In this document: one piece after another, positions 12,630-26,734 of the stretch
Layout: the number at the start of each line of letters is the position of its first letter
Numbering within the stretch: the stretch's first letter is position 1
From: Octopus sinensis
Taxonomy: Eukaryota
Assembly (NCBI RefSeq): GCF_006345805.1
Contig: NC_042999.1
Coordinates: 134,726,001-134,790,000, forward strand
Direction: 5' to 3'
Length of the DNA: 64,000 nt
The notes under the pieces: model-generated
What the model was told of the DNA's origin: nothing
What the model saw: the letters and a program-made list of their open reading frames with translations, nothing else
Database searches by the model: none
Translations under genes and position numbers: made by a program

Positions 12630-14480
12630 AGGTAGAGTTTGGTTCTGATGAGCTAAGTAGCACAATGTCGTCTACAGATATCAGCCGAACCATGCTACTC
12701 ACACCTATGGGGACATCATTTACGCAACAGTCGTGCATATCGCTCCAGTGCAAAATTATTATGAAAAGAAGAGGTGACAGTACATATCGCTACTGAAGTT
12801 CAATATCTACATTGAAAGGTTCCGATTTAACACCATCTGTGCATTCGTACAGAGACTTCATGGCAACCAGAACTTGCCCATTAATCCAAACCTACTGCAA
12901 ACTCTATACAGCATGTCCCGCAGCATGAGGTCCTATGCTTTTTCGAGGTCTATAAAACAAGCGTGCATCTTTTGTCAATGTTCCTACGACTTCTTGAATA
13001 CCTCCCACAGAATGAATATCTTGTCGGTTGTGCTGTAGCCATGATGAAAGCCACACTGGGGTTCAACAGTCTCCCCAAAACTCTTTTCCAGACACCTATC
13101 GCAAACTACCAGGGAAGTTCAACAAGAAGATTCTTCTATAATTAAATCACTCTCTCTTGTCGTTCCTTTTAAAAATTGGGATTATATACAAGTCATCCAG
13201 AGAATGCCCTCTCCATTTAAGGCTCTTACATCTGAGGCCCGAACTTCATCCCCTCCAGTGACCTTGCCACATTTGAGTGCTTTAATCGCTTGTGTTACTT
13301 CAGCCTGTGTTAGATTAGTCTTTGCCACTAGGTACACAACATGTCAACACAAGGATTTTATCGAAACTGGATGTAGGAGATCAGCAAAGTAGTCTCTTTA
13401 TCTCCCAAGGATGCTCTTATCTATAGAGAGAAGAACCCTAGCTAAGTTCTAAACGGCAGGTGTAGAAGAGGGCTTGTTACAAAGCTAGAGGATGGCTAGC
13501 CAGAATGCTTTATTGGCCAATCTAAAGTTAGAGTCCATCTTAACTCCAAAGCACTCCTCTGACGTTGTAACTGTCTTTGCAGCAACTTTTCGCGTCTCAA
13601 TGTAACGCCTGTGCAGAGGAGAAGACTTGTTTCCAAAACAAGCTTTTTTCTCTGCTCGGGAGGCATTTTTAACTTCCTGCTTAAACTAGAGGATTCTTTT
13701 GTCACCTGGCTCCACATCCAGTCACATACGTCCACTGCATTGTACAGCCGAAGAAAAAATCTACCGAACAAAATAATCTCCCCTACGTTTCGACATCTTC
13801 AGTGTGTTCAGGAGGGGCTCTGGATTTGGATGCAATAGCACGCACATATTTGTTTCGGTTCCTTCATCTGCCAGGACTTCTCACTTTATCCAGTTAGTCG
13901 CACAGTTTTGTGAATTCTCCTTGCTGTGAATAGTCAAAGGTTGCAGACAACTAAGTAGAAATCAGCTGATATCTTCGTCCTTCTCTTTACACAAATGTCC
14001 AGCACAGAATCTATCAGTGACCTTCGTCCCAAAGTATCACAGTGCTAGAAGAATGTGTTCATAATGGAGATCTCGTTCTCAGTAAAGGAATCTAGTAAGT
14101 CTTCTTCATTTGTATTAAGTTCAGAGTCACAATCCAATTTCCATTTCCACAATCGCTTCTTTCCACGACAGTGATAGGTGCCAGCATGTGCATTGAAGTC
14201 TCCTTGTCAGGGCAAATGACTTGGTCTTAACTACATCTAAAGCTACAGTAACCTTGTTTGGCATGAATTTCGTTACTAACCGCTCCTAATACCGCAGTTG
14301 CTGGAAACTCAGTGTGCATCACTCCGAGGACAGCAGAAGGACCTGCACATAACCATCTGTCATTTTTCCGGCAAGACTTGAGGTTTTGGTCGAAGTTTTC
14401 CTCATTAAAGAACCGAAGCATGGCATGTCCACCACATCTTTAAACTTGTTAAGTAACTACTTGGCACAGACCAAACGGCT
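12630..14480 (-). mobile_element. Degraded RTE-like LINE (endonuclease to RT), 3'-truncated
   Basis: Minus strand: EPQCGFHHGYSTTDKIFIL...ACFIDLEKA, LSPLLFII, VDDIVL; endonuclease-like region toward 14400. Confidence 0.75.
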
Positions 14481-14956
14481 TTCCCTGTTTCAGAAGTGAA
14501 TTAACCACTCATTTGTACATATGACTCATATAACTTCTCCCCTTGCCCCACAATTCTGATAGCCCACTCCGATGCCCGAAGCTCTTTGGTGATGGCTTTC
14601 ATTTATTTCCAGAATCATTAGTAATGTTTTGAACCCGTTAGATGAATTACGATGTTCCTATGAGAATATCCGAACGTTTAGAATGTTTTTTCACTTTGAT
14701 GCAGTATAAAAATTCCAGAGTTTCCAATCCCATCTGAATTTTGAGTACAAAAGAATTTGCAACATTTAGAAAGTTGACAATTTCTAAATCGCTGTGTTCC
14801 GCGCATATGGCAACAATAACTATTGCATACTTTTTTTTTTTTCTTGAGTTAGCATTTTATCTGCCATGGGGATCGGAAAGATATTAAATACTTTTTATGT
14901 GGTTTGAGAAGAGCATTATTCTGATTATCAAATATCCTCAAATACCCTTCGAACTC

Positions 14957-14957
<1 letters not shown>

Positions 14958-15039
<82 letters not shown>

Positions 15040-15210
15040 GTGTGTATATGTTTGTGTTTGCTTGTATATGTATATATTGACAGATGGATGAATCGATCGA
15101 GCGATCAACCGATCAGTCGAGCGATGTATCTGTGTGAAAGTGTGTGCGTTCTTATGTATGTGTGTGTATGTGTGTGTGTATGTATCTATGTATGTATATA
15201 TGTATGTATG

Positions 15211-15244
<34 letters not shown>

Positions 15245-15257
15245 TGCACGCACATTG

Positions 15258-15314
<57 letters not shown>

Positions 15315-15345
15315 TGTGTGTATATGTGTAATACATGTATTATTA
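14958..15345. repeat. Compound (TG)n/(TATG)n/(TA)n microsatellite block
   Basis: Direct reading. Confidence 0.95.
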
Positions 15346-16997
15346 CTAGGTTAAGAAGTACACACACGGTCACATATGCACACAAACATAAACACACACT
15401 CAAGCTCACGTACAAACATATGTGATTAGTATGTATTTAGCAGCTAGATTGTACTGAGTACCTTCAAATGACACTCCTCTTCTCTTAAAAGAAAATAAAG
15501 GATACATTGACCAATGTAACCCTAATATATGCAAAAAGACCGCCTCGCCATGGCTAGACACCTTTCATCGCAGGTATACACTATCTGGGGGTTGTAAAAC
15601 AAAAACCTGTCCAACATGTTGCAACAGATATTACAATGCATTTCCTGAGTTAAACTGAGAGTTCCGGAATCGGTAGTATTGTAAAATTACAGCACGTGTT
15701 ATATCGAGTGATGCCAACTATTGTAGAAATGAAATTTTAAAAACTGCAGTCAAACAAAGACGTAAAATGTGAATTGTAGGATGGGCAATGTGTGTGGGAG
15801 AGAAGAAATCATATGTAATTAGGAAGACACCTTTAATGTGCTACGATTGGTATTGTATGAGCTAAATTTGACTTACAGTATACGCCCCACCTATCATTTC
15901 AAAATTTTTCTATATATATATATACTTCAGCCAAGAGAATTACATACGACTTTGACCAAGCCAAATCTTCTGGAAGTATACAGAAACAAGCTAAGGTAAG
16001 TGTCTTCCTGTATTATGACATTTCGGTACAGCACTAATACTGAAGATCTGATTTATCAACTGTTTCCCAGTCTCATGTAAAAGACAGAACTTTTGCGACG
16101 TTTGCAATGACACTAATGACTTGATTAGAGAGTTTACACTAAATTCCTCCATTTTTTTTATATATGTATATTCTAGTAATCTTTGGTTATCTTTACTCTA
16201 GGATCGATTACATTGACACCTCTAATATTCTGCGATCGATTCAAACTTTGAAACCAATGCTCTTTATTCTTCTGAAGAGCGCTAGCTTAGAAAATAGAGT
16301 CAGAGAAATTACCTAATTCTCAAGAGCGAATTCAAAAATCGTAAATCGCACCGCAGCAGAGAAAACCTAAGAAAACCTGCTTAATAACTTTGGAACATTG
16401 TTGTAAAGGTATTACCATTTGATAATGCCTATACTGCCAATAAATGCATGAAAGTTACACGATTGTATCTCCTTTCTCCCGCACTGAAAGTCTCCAGAAA
16501 AATTCAAATAAGCTTGACAAGCAAAAATATAATAGTCATACTGAATCACCGTTGAAGTCTGACAGTACGACTGAAAAGCATTTCTTCATAATTAATGTCT
16601 AAGCAGAATATTTTGAAACAATGTTTACAAGGTTAGCCCAATCTTTCACTAGGTAGAATACATATATACGCTATTTTCACCATAGATAAATGAAATGTAA
16701 ATACATAACATAAACATACGTCTCCTGAAAAGCTGTGTTATATTCGTGTCGCTGAATATAAGGTGAAATATTTATGATTAAACTTAGTCATAAGCTTGAG
16801 GACATGAAAAGCATGTATGGAAGAACAATTTTTTTTATTCTTAAATTTTTTTTTTTATTTGTTCCTACATTTGAATTCTTTCCTTGTGTTTATGTGGCAA
16901 CTATCAAATTGATTTGGCCTGAAAAGTAAATAAATTAATGAGTAAATGCATATTTGCAATATATAAAGTAAACTATACAGAGGTGTGTGTGTGTGTG

Positions 16998-16998
<1 letters not shown>

Positions 16999-17095
<97 letters not shown>

Positions 17096-17096
17096 T
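16999..17096. repeat. (TAGA)n microsatellite
   Basis: Direct reading. Confidence 0.95.
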
Positions 17097-17859
17097 TTTT
17101 CTCAAAATAACCACCAAAATTGCCAATACATTTCTGTTTCCTTGCCACAGAATAAAAAATGGACTTTTCGAAGAAATCTCAACCACATTTGCTGAAGAAT
17201 TGCTCTACTAATTGCTTAAGCTCATTTTGATTTTTAAGAATATGTCCTTATAAATATTTCTTAAGATAGAAATATATACTAAATTCGCTCAGAGTGAAAT
17301 AAGGGCTCTAGGATAGATTTCAGAACGTAGCGAAACGAAGAAGCTTAAGTTGTTGAAAAACTGACAGCAGTAGTGTGTATTGTCTTGAAGATGCGAGAAT
17401 AGAATGTTATTTTCCTTCCTGATACTGCCTACCATTTGACTTTATAATCTGATAGATTTGTTAGCAAAATCCCATAAGATTAGGCCAAGGTGCTCTCCAA
17501 AATAAAACTCAGAAAATTCTATTGATCTTTAGTGAATGGTTATATTATTGATCTTCATTGATGGCTTTTGTTCGCTAGATGATATCTTAGTTTCTGAGAA
17601 GCAAAAGTAGACTGGTGCTTTGTCATGTATTTTACCTTTTACTTGTTTCAGTCATTAGACTTCGGTCATGCTGGGAGGTTTTTTTGAAGAAGTTTTTGGC
17701 TGAATAAATTGACCCCAGTACTTAATAATATTTTCTTTTTTTGCTAAGCCTGGTGCTTATTCTACCGGCCTAGTTTGCTGAACCGCTAAGCTACGAGGAT
17801 GTAAATACAGCAACACCGATTGCCAGTGGTGGTACGGGACAAACACAGACACAAAGACA

Positions 17860-17911
<52 letters not shown>

Positions 17912-17929
17912 CATACATATATACATACA

Positions 17930-18034
<105 letters not shown>

Positions 18035-18035
18035 C

Positions 18036-18295
18036 ATATAGTGTACGTTTAAACACATAAGGAATCCACTCGTGGAATTCAACACGCTAGAAAGAACACC
18101 TAGGTTCTATAACCACAAAAATTAGGTATAAAATTCGACAGGAACGAAATGAAACTTGATGGTAAGATGTTTTTATTTTTCATTTCGTTCCTGTCGAATC
18201 TTATCCCTAATTTTGTGGTTATAGAACCTATGTGTTCTTTCTAGCGTGTTGAATTCCACGAGTGGATTCCTTATGTGTTTAAACGTACACTATAT
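18036..18295. mobile_element. Foldback/MITE-like palindrome, ~118-bp arms and 23-bp spacer
   Basis: 18036-18154 is the reverse complement of 18178-18295 with 3 mismatches by eye; TA-rich ends. Confidence 0.8.
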
Positions 18296-18396
18296 ATTAT
18301 GACTAATTCATGGTCTTTTGGGACTAAATTTTTACACGTTAGGCCACTGGAAGTGAAAATTTTAATTAATTTTCCATTTCCCTTTGATATGTTTAA

Positions 18397-18430
<34 letters not shown>

Positions 18431-18639
18431 GACGGGCTTCTTCCGGGTTCCGTCTACCAAATCGTTTTACAAGGCTTTGGTCAGACACTTGGCAAGGTGC
18501 CATGCAATGGGGCTGAACCTGGAACAATGTGGTTCGGAAGCAAGTGTCTTCTACTATAACCTCGGGACGATCAAAGCCTTGTAAGAGGATTTGGTTGACG
18601 GAAACTGAAAGAAGCCTGTCGTATATATATATATGTATA

Positions 18640-18680
<41 letters not shown>

Positions 18681-18996
18681 ATGCCTGTAAGTATGTGTGT
18701 GTGAGTGTGTGTGTTTTTGTGTGTCTTTGTCCTCCACCACCGCTTGACAGCCGGCGTTGGTGTGTTTACGTCCCCGTAACCTAGCGGTTCGGCAGAAAAT
18801 CTTTGGTGCCAGGTTTCAAAAAGTAAGTAGTGGGGTCGATGTCGATTCATTCGACTAAAACTCTTCAAGGCGGTGCCCAGTACGGCAGTAGTCTAATGGT
18901 TGAAACAATTAAAAGATAAAAGTTAAAGATGAAAAATACATACATACATATACATACATACATACATACATACATACATACATACATACATACATA

Positions 18997-19167
18997 GGCG
19001 CAGGAGTGGCTGTGTGGTAAGTAGCTTGCTAACCAACCACATGGTTCCGGGTTCAGTTCCACTGCGTGGCATCTTCGGCAAGTGTCTTCTGCTATAGCCC
19101 CGGGCCGACCAATGCATTGTGAGTGGATTTGGTAGACGGAAACTGAAAGAAGCCTGTCGTATATATG

Positions 19168-19198
<31 letters not shown>

Positions 19199-19443
19199 TT
19201 GTGTGTCTGTGTTTGTCCCCCTAGCATTGCTTGACAACCGATGCTGGTGTGTTTACGTCTCCGTCACTTAGCGGTTCGGCAAAAAGAGACCGATAGAATA
19301 AGTACTGGGCTTACAAAGAATAAGTCCCGGGGTCGATTTGCTCGACTAAAGGCGGTGCTCCAGCATGGCCGCAGTCAAATGACTGAAACAAGTAAAAGAA
19401 AAAGAAAGAAAAGAAAAAGAAAGAAAAATACATACATACATAC

Positions 19444-19475
<32 letters not shown>

Positions 19476-19960
19476 CATACATACATACATACATACATAC
19501 ATACATACATACATACATACATACATAGGCGCAGGAGTGGCTGTGTGGTAAGTAGCTTGCTAACCAACCACATGGTTCCGGGTTCAGTTCCACTGCGTGG
19601 CATCTTCGGCAAGTGTCTTCTGCTATAGCCCCGGGCCGACCAATGCATTGTGAGTGGATTTGGTAGACGGAAACTGAAAGAAGCCTGTCGTATATATGTA
19701 TATATATATATATGTGTGTGTGTGTGTTTGTGTGTCTGTGTTTGTCCCCCTAGCATTGCTTGACAACCGATGCTGGTGTGTTTACGTCTCCGTCACTTAG
19801 CGGTTCGGCAAAAAGAGACCGATAGAATAAGTACTGGGCTTACAAAGAATAAGTCCCGGGGTCGATTTGCTCGACTAAAGGCGGTGCTCCAGCATGGCCG
19901 CAGTCAAATGACTGAAACAAGTAAAAGAAAAAGAAAGAAAAGAAAAGAAAGAAAAATAAA
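18997..19960 (+). mobile_element. Two near-identical full-length SINE family B copies in tandem (period 531 bp)
   Basis: ggcgcaggagtggctgtgtggtaag starts at 18997 and 19528; A/B-box-like tRNA head (ggttcagttcc), CORE-like ggcatcttcggcaagtgtc, internal microsatellite, tail ending gtaaaagaaaaag; each preceded by (CATA)n. Confidence 0.9.
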
Positions 19961-20287
19961 TACATACATACATACATACATACATACATACATACATACA
20001 TACATACATGTCTATGACACTGAAGCCTATTATAAAGTTCATTTATTCCATATTTTATACTGATTCAATTTATTATATTCAAGGTTACTCTATATTATTT
20101 ATCAAGAAGATAGTTTTGTTTCAAAATATCGCAGTTTTGATGTCTAACTCTCTTTTCGCTTATTAATTTAATTTTAAATTTAAAAATGAAAAAATTTTAA
20201 ATGAGGGTGAGAAATTAGATATTAATTTAATTAACATCGATTTCACACCAGTGGTCTAGCATAAAAAAACTGAAGGTTCAGTAAAAT

Positions 20288-20323
<36 letters not shown>

Positions 20324-20980
20324 TGGTTTCCCTCTAATATATATATATAATACAATTTTACTGAACCTTCTCTTTTCGCTTATATACATGTTTATGTATG
20401 TGATTTATGTGAAAAGACATAAATATTCGTCCATCGATAAATCTTCTATCATACTAGATGAACGTAAAACTGCACTTTTGCAAAATTCGTATCATTTAAA
20501 ATAAAATGCTATTTAGATACTAAATAACGAGGATGGTAATGTAATATACTTTATACTTTGAAAGATTACATTCTACATTGAAACTGCCTTTCTTCAAATT
20601 CACTTACGAGGCACATGTATTCAGTCCCATCATACAAGGTGCAAATTTTTACGTGCCTTAAACTGAGTACACGTGATTATCTTTACACACTTGTACACAC
20701 ACATTTATATACACACATTCACATGCAACATATTCACAAATGCACTCATCATGGTAATAGACATAATCTCTTCTTCGGTTAACACAAGCACCACTGATGT
20801 CTTTAGTTGAATAACACTTAGTTGTAAGTAAAGTGTTTCTACCTGTTGAATTTTCTCCCCTCACACTCTCTAACATCTCACTTGATAATCTGAAGATTTG
20901 TGGGTAAATTCCCACAAGATTAAGTCAGAATGATTCCCAAAAGGAAAACCGAGAAACTCTATTGATCTATAGTGAATGGT

Positions 20981-21308
20981 GTGAGGGCGCGTGGCTTAGT
21001 GGTTAGGGCATTCGGCTCATGATCGTAAGGTTGTGAGTTCGATTCCCGGCGACGCGTTGTGTCCTTGAGCAAGACACTTTATTTCACGTTGCTCCAGTCC
21101 ACTCAGCTGGCAAAAATGAGTTGTACTTGTATTTCAAAGGGTCAGCCTTGTCACTCTCTGTGTCACGCTGATTATCCCCAAGAACTACGTTAAGGGTACA
21201 CGTGTCTGTGGAATGCTCAGCCATTTGCACGTTAATTTCACGAGCTGTTCCGTTGATCGTATCAGCTGGGACCCTCGTCGTCGTAACCGGCGGAGTCTTT
21301 AAAAAAAA
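20981..21308 (+). mobile_element. tRNA-derived SINE family C with poly(A) tail and 12-bp TSD
   Basis: A box tggcttagtgg, B box gttcgattcc; TSD atagtgaatggt at 20969-20980 and 21309-21320; A-tail 21301-21308. Confidence 0.92.
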
Positions 21309-22231
21309 ATAGTGAATGGTTACGTTTCTGAGCTTCATCGATGACTTTTCTTCGCTGGATGATCTCAGAATGGTTGGGGTCATGTATCCCTTCTGAACAT
21401 AAATTCTTCACACTTCTACCTAAAAAAAATCATATGTGCTGCTCTTCTTTGTTTAAACCATAAAAAATCGGCAGATCTGTGACTTCTGTCGCTTTGTAGA
21501 TTTTACAAAGGTACAGCATTAAATTTCCAGTTCGCATCATCGAGCGAAATCACATTCACAAACCAGTCCTCACAAACCAATCCTCATAATGAAACAAAAA
21601 TACTCACAATGAAAAGATCCCCTTTCCCCCACCTTACATGTTAGAAATATATACTGCTGCTCATAAGACCTCCATAAAACGTATGATGTATAATTTTCAG
21701 CTGAGTGGAATCACGATATATCTGGAAAAACTCTCCAATAGTATCACTGACTATTCATGTGTCATAGGTTTCATCTATCTTCCACATAACTATTGCAGCT
21801 ATTTTAATAGCGAATCCTTGTCTACAAAGTTCTGTTATCTATTCTTTTCTCCATAATTGTGAGAATTGTAAAGCTAATATTTAACATTTCACTTGTAATT
21901 TTCTTATTTTCATTGTCTTTGGTGCATGTCATTGAAACGATTGAGAAAAAAAGATTGTCGAAAATCGATAGTTATTATCACCGACAGTATTGTGTGTCGG
22001 TGACCCAACCATTGTAATTACATCAACCCCGTACACCTTGACATAATCAGGTAGAGTGAGTATATAATTCACAATGCATTGATGTCGTTAATGATTGTTC
22101 GGTTGCGTGTGCCAAATCTACCATAGCATAACTGAACTTGTTTTATCATTTCTTTTATCCTGATGTATTTTTTTTTTAAATTGTCAACACATGATGTTTT
22201 CCATTTTTTTTTTTTTTGTCATTTTCCAGAA

Positions 22232-22549
22232 ATGAATCGTCTCTACTTTGCTTTCGTCATATTGCTGAGTTTTGTTTATGTGAGTTCATATATTCAAGAA
22301 GACATTGAGAAATGCTATCGTCAACTGGGTACAAACGATGCTGACACCCAGTTGCAGTTCTGTATAGGGCAGGTACAAATGAACTGCTCTTCCTTTAAGT
22401 GGAGCCCAAAGAATGTTGTTTATAAATCACCGAAACAATCAGGAGCAAATAATTTGATTATACCTCGAACGAGGAAGGAATATAGATTGCTTAGTAACCA
22501 AGAAAGATACGATTTCCTTCGTAGCTTATATCTTTTAAAGCAAGATACG
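22232..22549 (+). CDS. Tyrosinase-like gene, coding exon 1 (signal peptide + N-terminal region, 106 codons)
   Basis: Polypyrimidine tract and ttccAG acceptor ending 22229; ATG at 22232; hydrophobic signal peptide MNRLYFAFVILLSFVYVSS; tyrosinase N-terminal motif RKEYRLLSNQERYDFLRSLYLLKQDT; donor acg|GTAAGA at 22550 (phase 0). Confidence 0.9.
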
Positions 22550-22583
22550 GTAAGAATGATTTATTATTTCTATATAAACATAT

Positions 22584-22805
22584 GCGGAGAGCTGGCAGAA
22601 TCGTTAGCACGCCTGGCAAAATGCTTAGCGGCATTTCCTCCGCCATTAGGTTCTGTGTTCAAATTCCACCGTGGTCGACTTTACCTTTCATCATTTCGGA
22701 GTCGATTAAATAAGTACCAGTTACGAACTGGGGTCGATGTAATCGACTAGCTTCCTCCCCCAATATTTCAAGCCTTATGTCTATAGGAGAATGAATTATT
22801 TCTAT
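22584..22805 (+). mobile_element. SINE family A in tyrosinase intron 1
   Basis: gcggagagctggcagaatcgttagc...gttcaaattcc...tggggtcgatgtaatcgact. Confidence 0.8.
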
Positions 22806-23334
22806 ACAAACAACTATCAAGGAGACACTTGTTAATATTATTTCAGATAAACTTATATACTTACACAATACTATTGGTTACAGTGTTTACAACAAGGGTC
22901 ATGAAATTCTTTTTATGATAGCCCACTTTAAGTTTTCTCCACATTTTCACATGGCACCACATATGTATATGACATACATACATAAAAATATGCTCATGAG
23001 TTCCCAACCATATCCATTGCTAGTAATGTTTAAATAAGCAAAAGTTAAAGTAATCGGCAGGCAAAAAGATATCAACCAACTGTTCAATGGTCCACAGAGA
23101 ACATGCCAGGAAACACCTGTGTGTGTGTATACGAGTCTGTGTGTGTGTGTGTGCGTGCGTGTGTGTGTATGTGTTTGAGTGTGTGTGTGTGTGTATGTGT
23201 GTGTGCGTGTGTGTGTGAGTGTGTGTGCGCGCTATGCATATATACATACATTCATTCATACATACATACATACATACATACATACATACATACATACATG
23301 CCTACATGCATACATACATACATACATACATACA

Positions 23335-23365
<31 letters not shown>

Positions 23366-23379
23366 GTCAGGTCACTTAT

Positions 23380-26315
23380 GAGGCTCTCATAAGTGCTACT
23401 GGTAACATGGAATCCAGTACAACCTATTGCATGCAACTAAACTGGCACCTCCACCAGGCTATCTTTGTGAGTGGGGTTGCTAGAAATCCAGCAGGATTAA
23501 AAACAAGACCTCTTGAAAGGTCGGATGAACCTAGTGCAGGCTCAACGGCTATCTAACAATAGCACGGGTACGCAGAAATTCCGGGATGGTGGCCGGCGTG
23601 CTGAAAGACCACTGGGAGTGAGGCACCCCTCAGCTTTTGTTAAAGCATGTCTCTCGGAGAAGGTCACTCTAATATAAAACCAGATATGCAAGGGATGACA
23701 TTGAACATTTTGGGGATCTTTGGTTTGTGCTAGAGATCATGGCGCTCCCACATCCCTGAGCCTGCAACTCATATTGGCACCAGGCATCTTGTTCCGGCTT
23801 GTCTCTGGAGAATGTCAATAAATTTGAGAGGGTATGTGAGGTGACGTGCAAGCCTTATTGCTCAATATGTGTCTTTCCCCCCACCCTCTATATATTTATT
23901 TATGTGGCGATGGGAAGGTGGTGAAGCATGCAGACCTGACGGGCTGGAAGCATGTAGTCAACGACCTGCACGTAGGCGGCCCATGCTAGATATAAAGTCG
24001 TCTCCTTGTAGCCCAAGACAGCGGTAGGATTCGGTTGCTGCATGGGTGTCTGAGCAGCTCCATTTGGAGAGGGCACTGCTCACTCGAAGACCGGGGAGTT
24101 TCTTGAAAAGGTGAACCAAAAAATTGCCTGTCTTTCTATATCTGGTCAGTTTAGCACAAATGATGGATGTCCACCCTGCGCTTGAGAAACAAAGAGACTT
24201 TTATTTACAAAATCTGGATGGAACTTGAACATTTCATGTTAGAATGTGCGCACTCTGTTGGATAACAAAAGTGATTGTAGGCATGAAAGACGCACTACAC
24301 TTGCTTCTCGCGAGTTGAACTGTTATAACATTGATATAGCTGCACCTTCAGAGTCTAATGACTCTAAGATTGCACCTGAAAGGTGAGCGGTTTCCTACTC
24401 TAATAAGTGCCTATGCACCCATTCTGACTAGCTGTGGTGAAGATAAAACTATATTTTATACCCAGCTGAGAGTCATACTTAGGAAAATCCCAAATTCTGA
24501 TAAAGTCATTCTAGTGGGGGATATCAATGCCAGGGTTAGAACAGACTGGCAAACATGGAACTCTCTAAGACGTTTTGGAGTAGGGAAGATGATTAGCAAT
24601 GGTCTAATGCTGCTGGAGCTTTGCGATGAACATGGACTTTACATCGCAAGCACTCATTTTATGCACAAAGGTGACCACACAACAACGTGGATGCATCCAA
24701 GGTCTAAAGTTTGGCACTTGCTGGATTATGTCATCATCTGCAAGCGTGACATCTATGACATTTGTAATGTCAAGTCCTTTCATGGATCAGAATGCTGGAC
24801 AGATCACAGTCTGGTGCGAGCAAAGTTCCGGATGATGATTAAAGTGAAAGAGAGAAGATAGCCAGTCAGCACTCCTCGGTGTCTGAATGTCTACAAGGTA
24901 TATGAGGAAAGAGCTTCAGACTCGCTTGTCCAGCATTGAAAATACTGCAGCATGGGAAGATTTTTCGAGATCAGGTTCTTCAATGTGCTGCTGAAACACT
25001 GGCAAATGCTACTGCCAGACACAGAGACTGTTTTGATGAAAATGATGCTGAAGTTCAGCGACTATTAGCTGTAAAGCGCCATGCCCATAATGTATTGCTA
25101 CACAGAGGACTTTTTGCTGTGCAGCGAAATCTAGCACTTGCCCACTATAGCAGTGTAAAATCACTACCGCAGCGATCTCTCAGGAAGATGCAGAACACCT
25201 GATGGGAGGATCTTGCTCGTGATGTTCAGGCTGCTGCTGATGAAAATGACAGCAAGAAGCTTTACTATCTTATGAAGTAAGTTTATGGGCCTAAGAGCTC
25301 CACATCAGTTCCTTTGCTTTCCAAAGAGTCTTCCACTCTATTTACTAAATCAACAGAAATCACAGGTCGCTGGATAGAATTACTTCTTTGAAATCCCAAA
25401 CCCCGAGCCAGTTGTGGATGAAACAGTGATTGATACTATGCAACAAAGACCTATCATTGGCTCCTTAAATTCGACGCCTTCAATAGATGAAGTAATGACA
25501 TCAATAAGTAAATTGAATCTTGGTAGGGTTACCTGAAAGGATGGAATTTGTGCTGAGGTCTTACGATTTGGTGGTGATTATAACATACAGTCCCTTCATG
25601 AACTTATTAGTGCAGTCTGGAGGGATGGTGCAATGCTTAAGGACTGGAAGGATGCAATTATTCTTCCTCTCTATAAAGGAAAAGGAGCCAGAACAATGTG
25701 TGGTAACTACAGAGGTATTGCTCTACTATCAGCTGCTGGCAAGGCTCGGGCAAATATTCTTCTTACCCGCCTAAATGGGTGTCTCGTAAATAACGTCCTA
25801 TCTGAATCTCAATGTGGCTTCCGATCTGGCAGAGGGACAATGGATATGATTTTCACAGCAAGGCCGATGCAGGAGAAGTGCTATGAGCAGAATATGGATC
25901 TTGTGCAGGTATTCATTGATTTAATGAAGGCCTTTGATACTGTGAATAGGGCCTTGCTATGGAAAACACTTGGCAAACTTAGATGTCCGGATCACTTTGT
26001 ATCTATAATTAAATCATTTCATGATGTGATGGAGGCTTGGGTCAATGTTGGTGGTGGCATGGCGGGATCCATTCCTGTAGAGAATGGTATCAAGTAGAAT
26101 GCCCCAACACTCTTTCTTTGTACTTTTGCTGCTGCTTTTACTCATGCCTTTTCTAAGGTTAGCGCTCTGGGAACATATGTCAAATATCAACTTCTGGCCG
26201 CCTCTTTAATCTGCGCCGATTTGCTGCCAATTCAAAAGTTTTCCAGTCTCTTATTCGTGACGCCCTTTATGCAGATGACTGTGACTTAGTCACTCATACA
26301 GGAAAACACAGCTGT
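23380..26315 (+). mobile_element. RTE-clade LINE in tyrosinase intron 1 (long 5' UTR, endonuclease, RT to YADD), 3'-truncated
   Basis: NVRTLLDN..ERRT; ORF 24358-24861 (TLISAYAP, VGDINARV, TWMHPRSKVWHLLDY, WTDHSL); ORF 25633-26097 (ESQCGFRSGRGTMDMIF, FIDLMKAFDTV); YADDCDL at ~26270. Confidence 0.9.
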
Positions 26316-26734
26316 TGCAATAATAACACTGTACTTCCATGGGCCCACAGCTATGACATCAATATCAACATTAGCTTGTTAAAGGTCATCTATATTACGA
26401 CATCTAATAATATTTAGTGCTAATCTCTGATTATTTTGTCGATATAATTTATCATCTCAAGTTAGAATATACAGACACTGCTCCTCAGACAGTTGTACTC
26501 TTTTAATTCTTTTTGAAGAGCATCTCTTCACCCTGAAGAAGGAGGCTTGATTTTTCCAGTGTTTGTTTTCTTCCATTACTGGTTGCAGATGTTTGAGAAA
26601 CTACATCTGCCAACATTATCAAGGAACTCCGAGCCCCCAGAAACAGATGTTGGACTTGTAACATCATGCCTTCTCCCCTCTAATTCTCTGAGTCTATACT
26701 ATCTAAATACGTTTGCTCTATTAGTATATAAATA

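Noticed and set aside
20985-21056. tRNA gene (also 31346-31420)
   Set aside because: The A/B boxes are SINE heads: no complete cloverleaf, followed by a SINE body and bounded by TSDs.
23940-24040. HDV-like ribozyme in the RTE 5' UTR (P1 gggctg/tagccc, P3 aag/ctt)
   Set aside because: No P1.1 partner follows P1 and no convincing P2 or J4/2 was found by eye; a covariance-model search would be needed.
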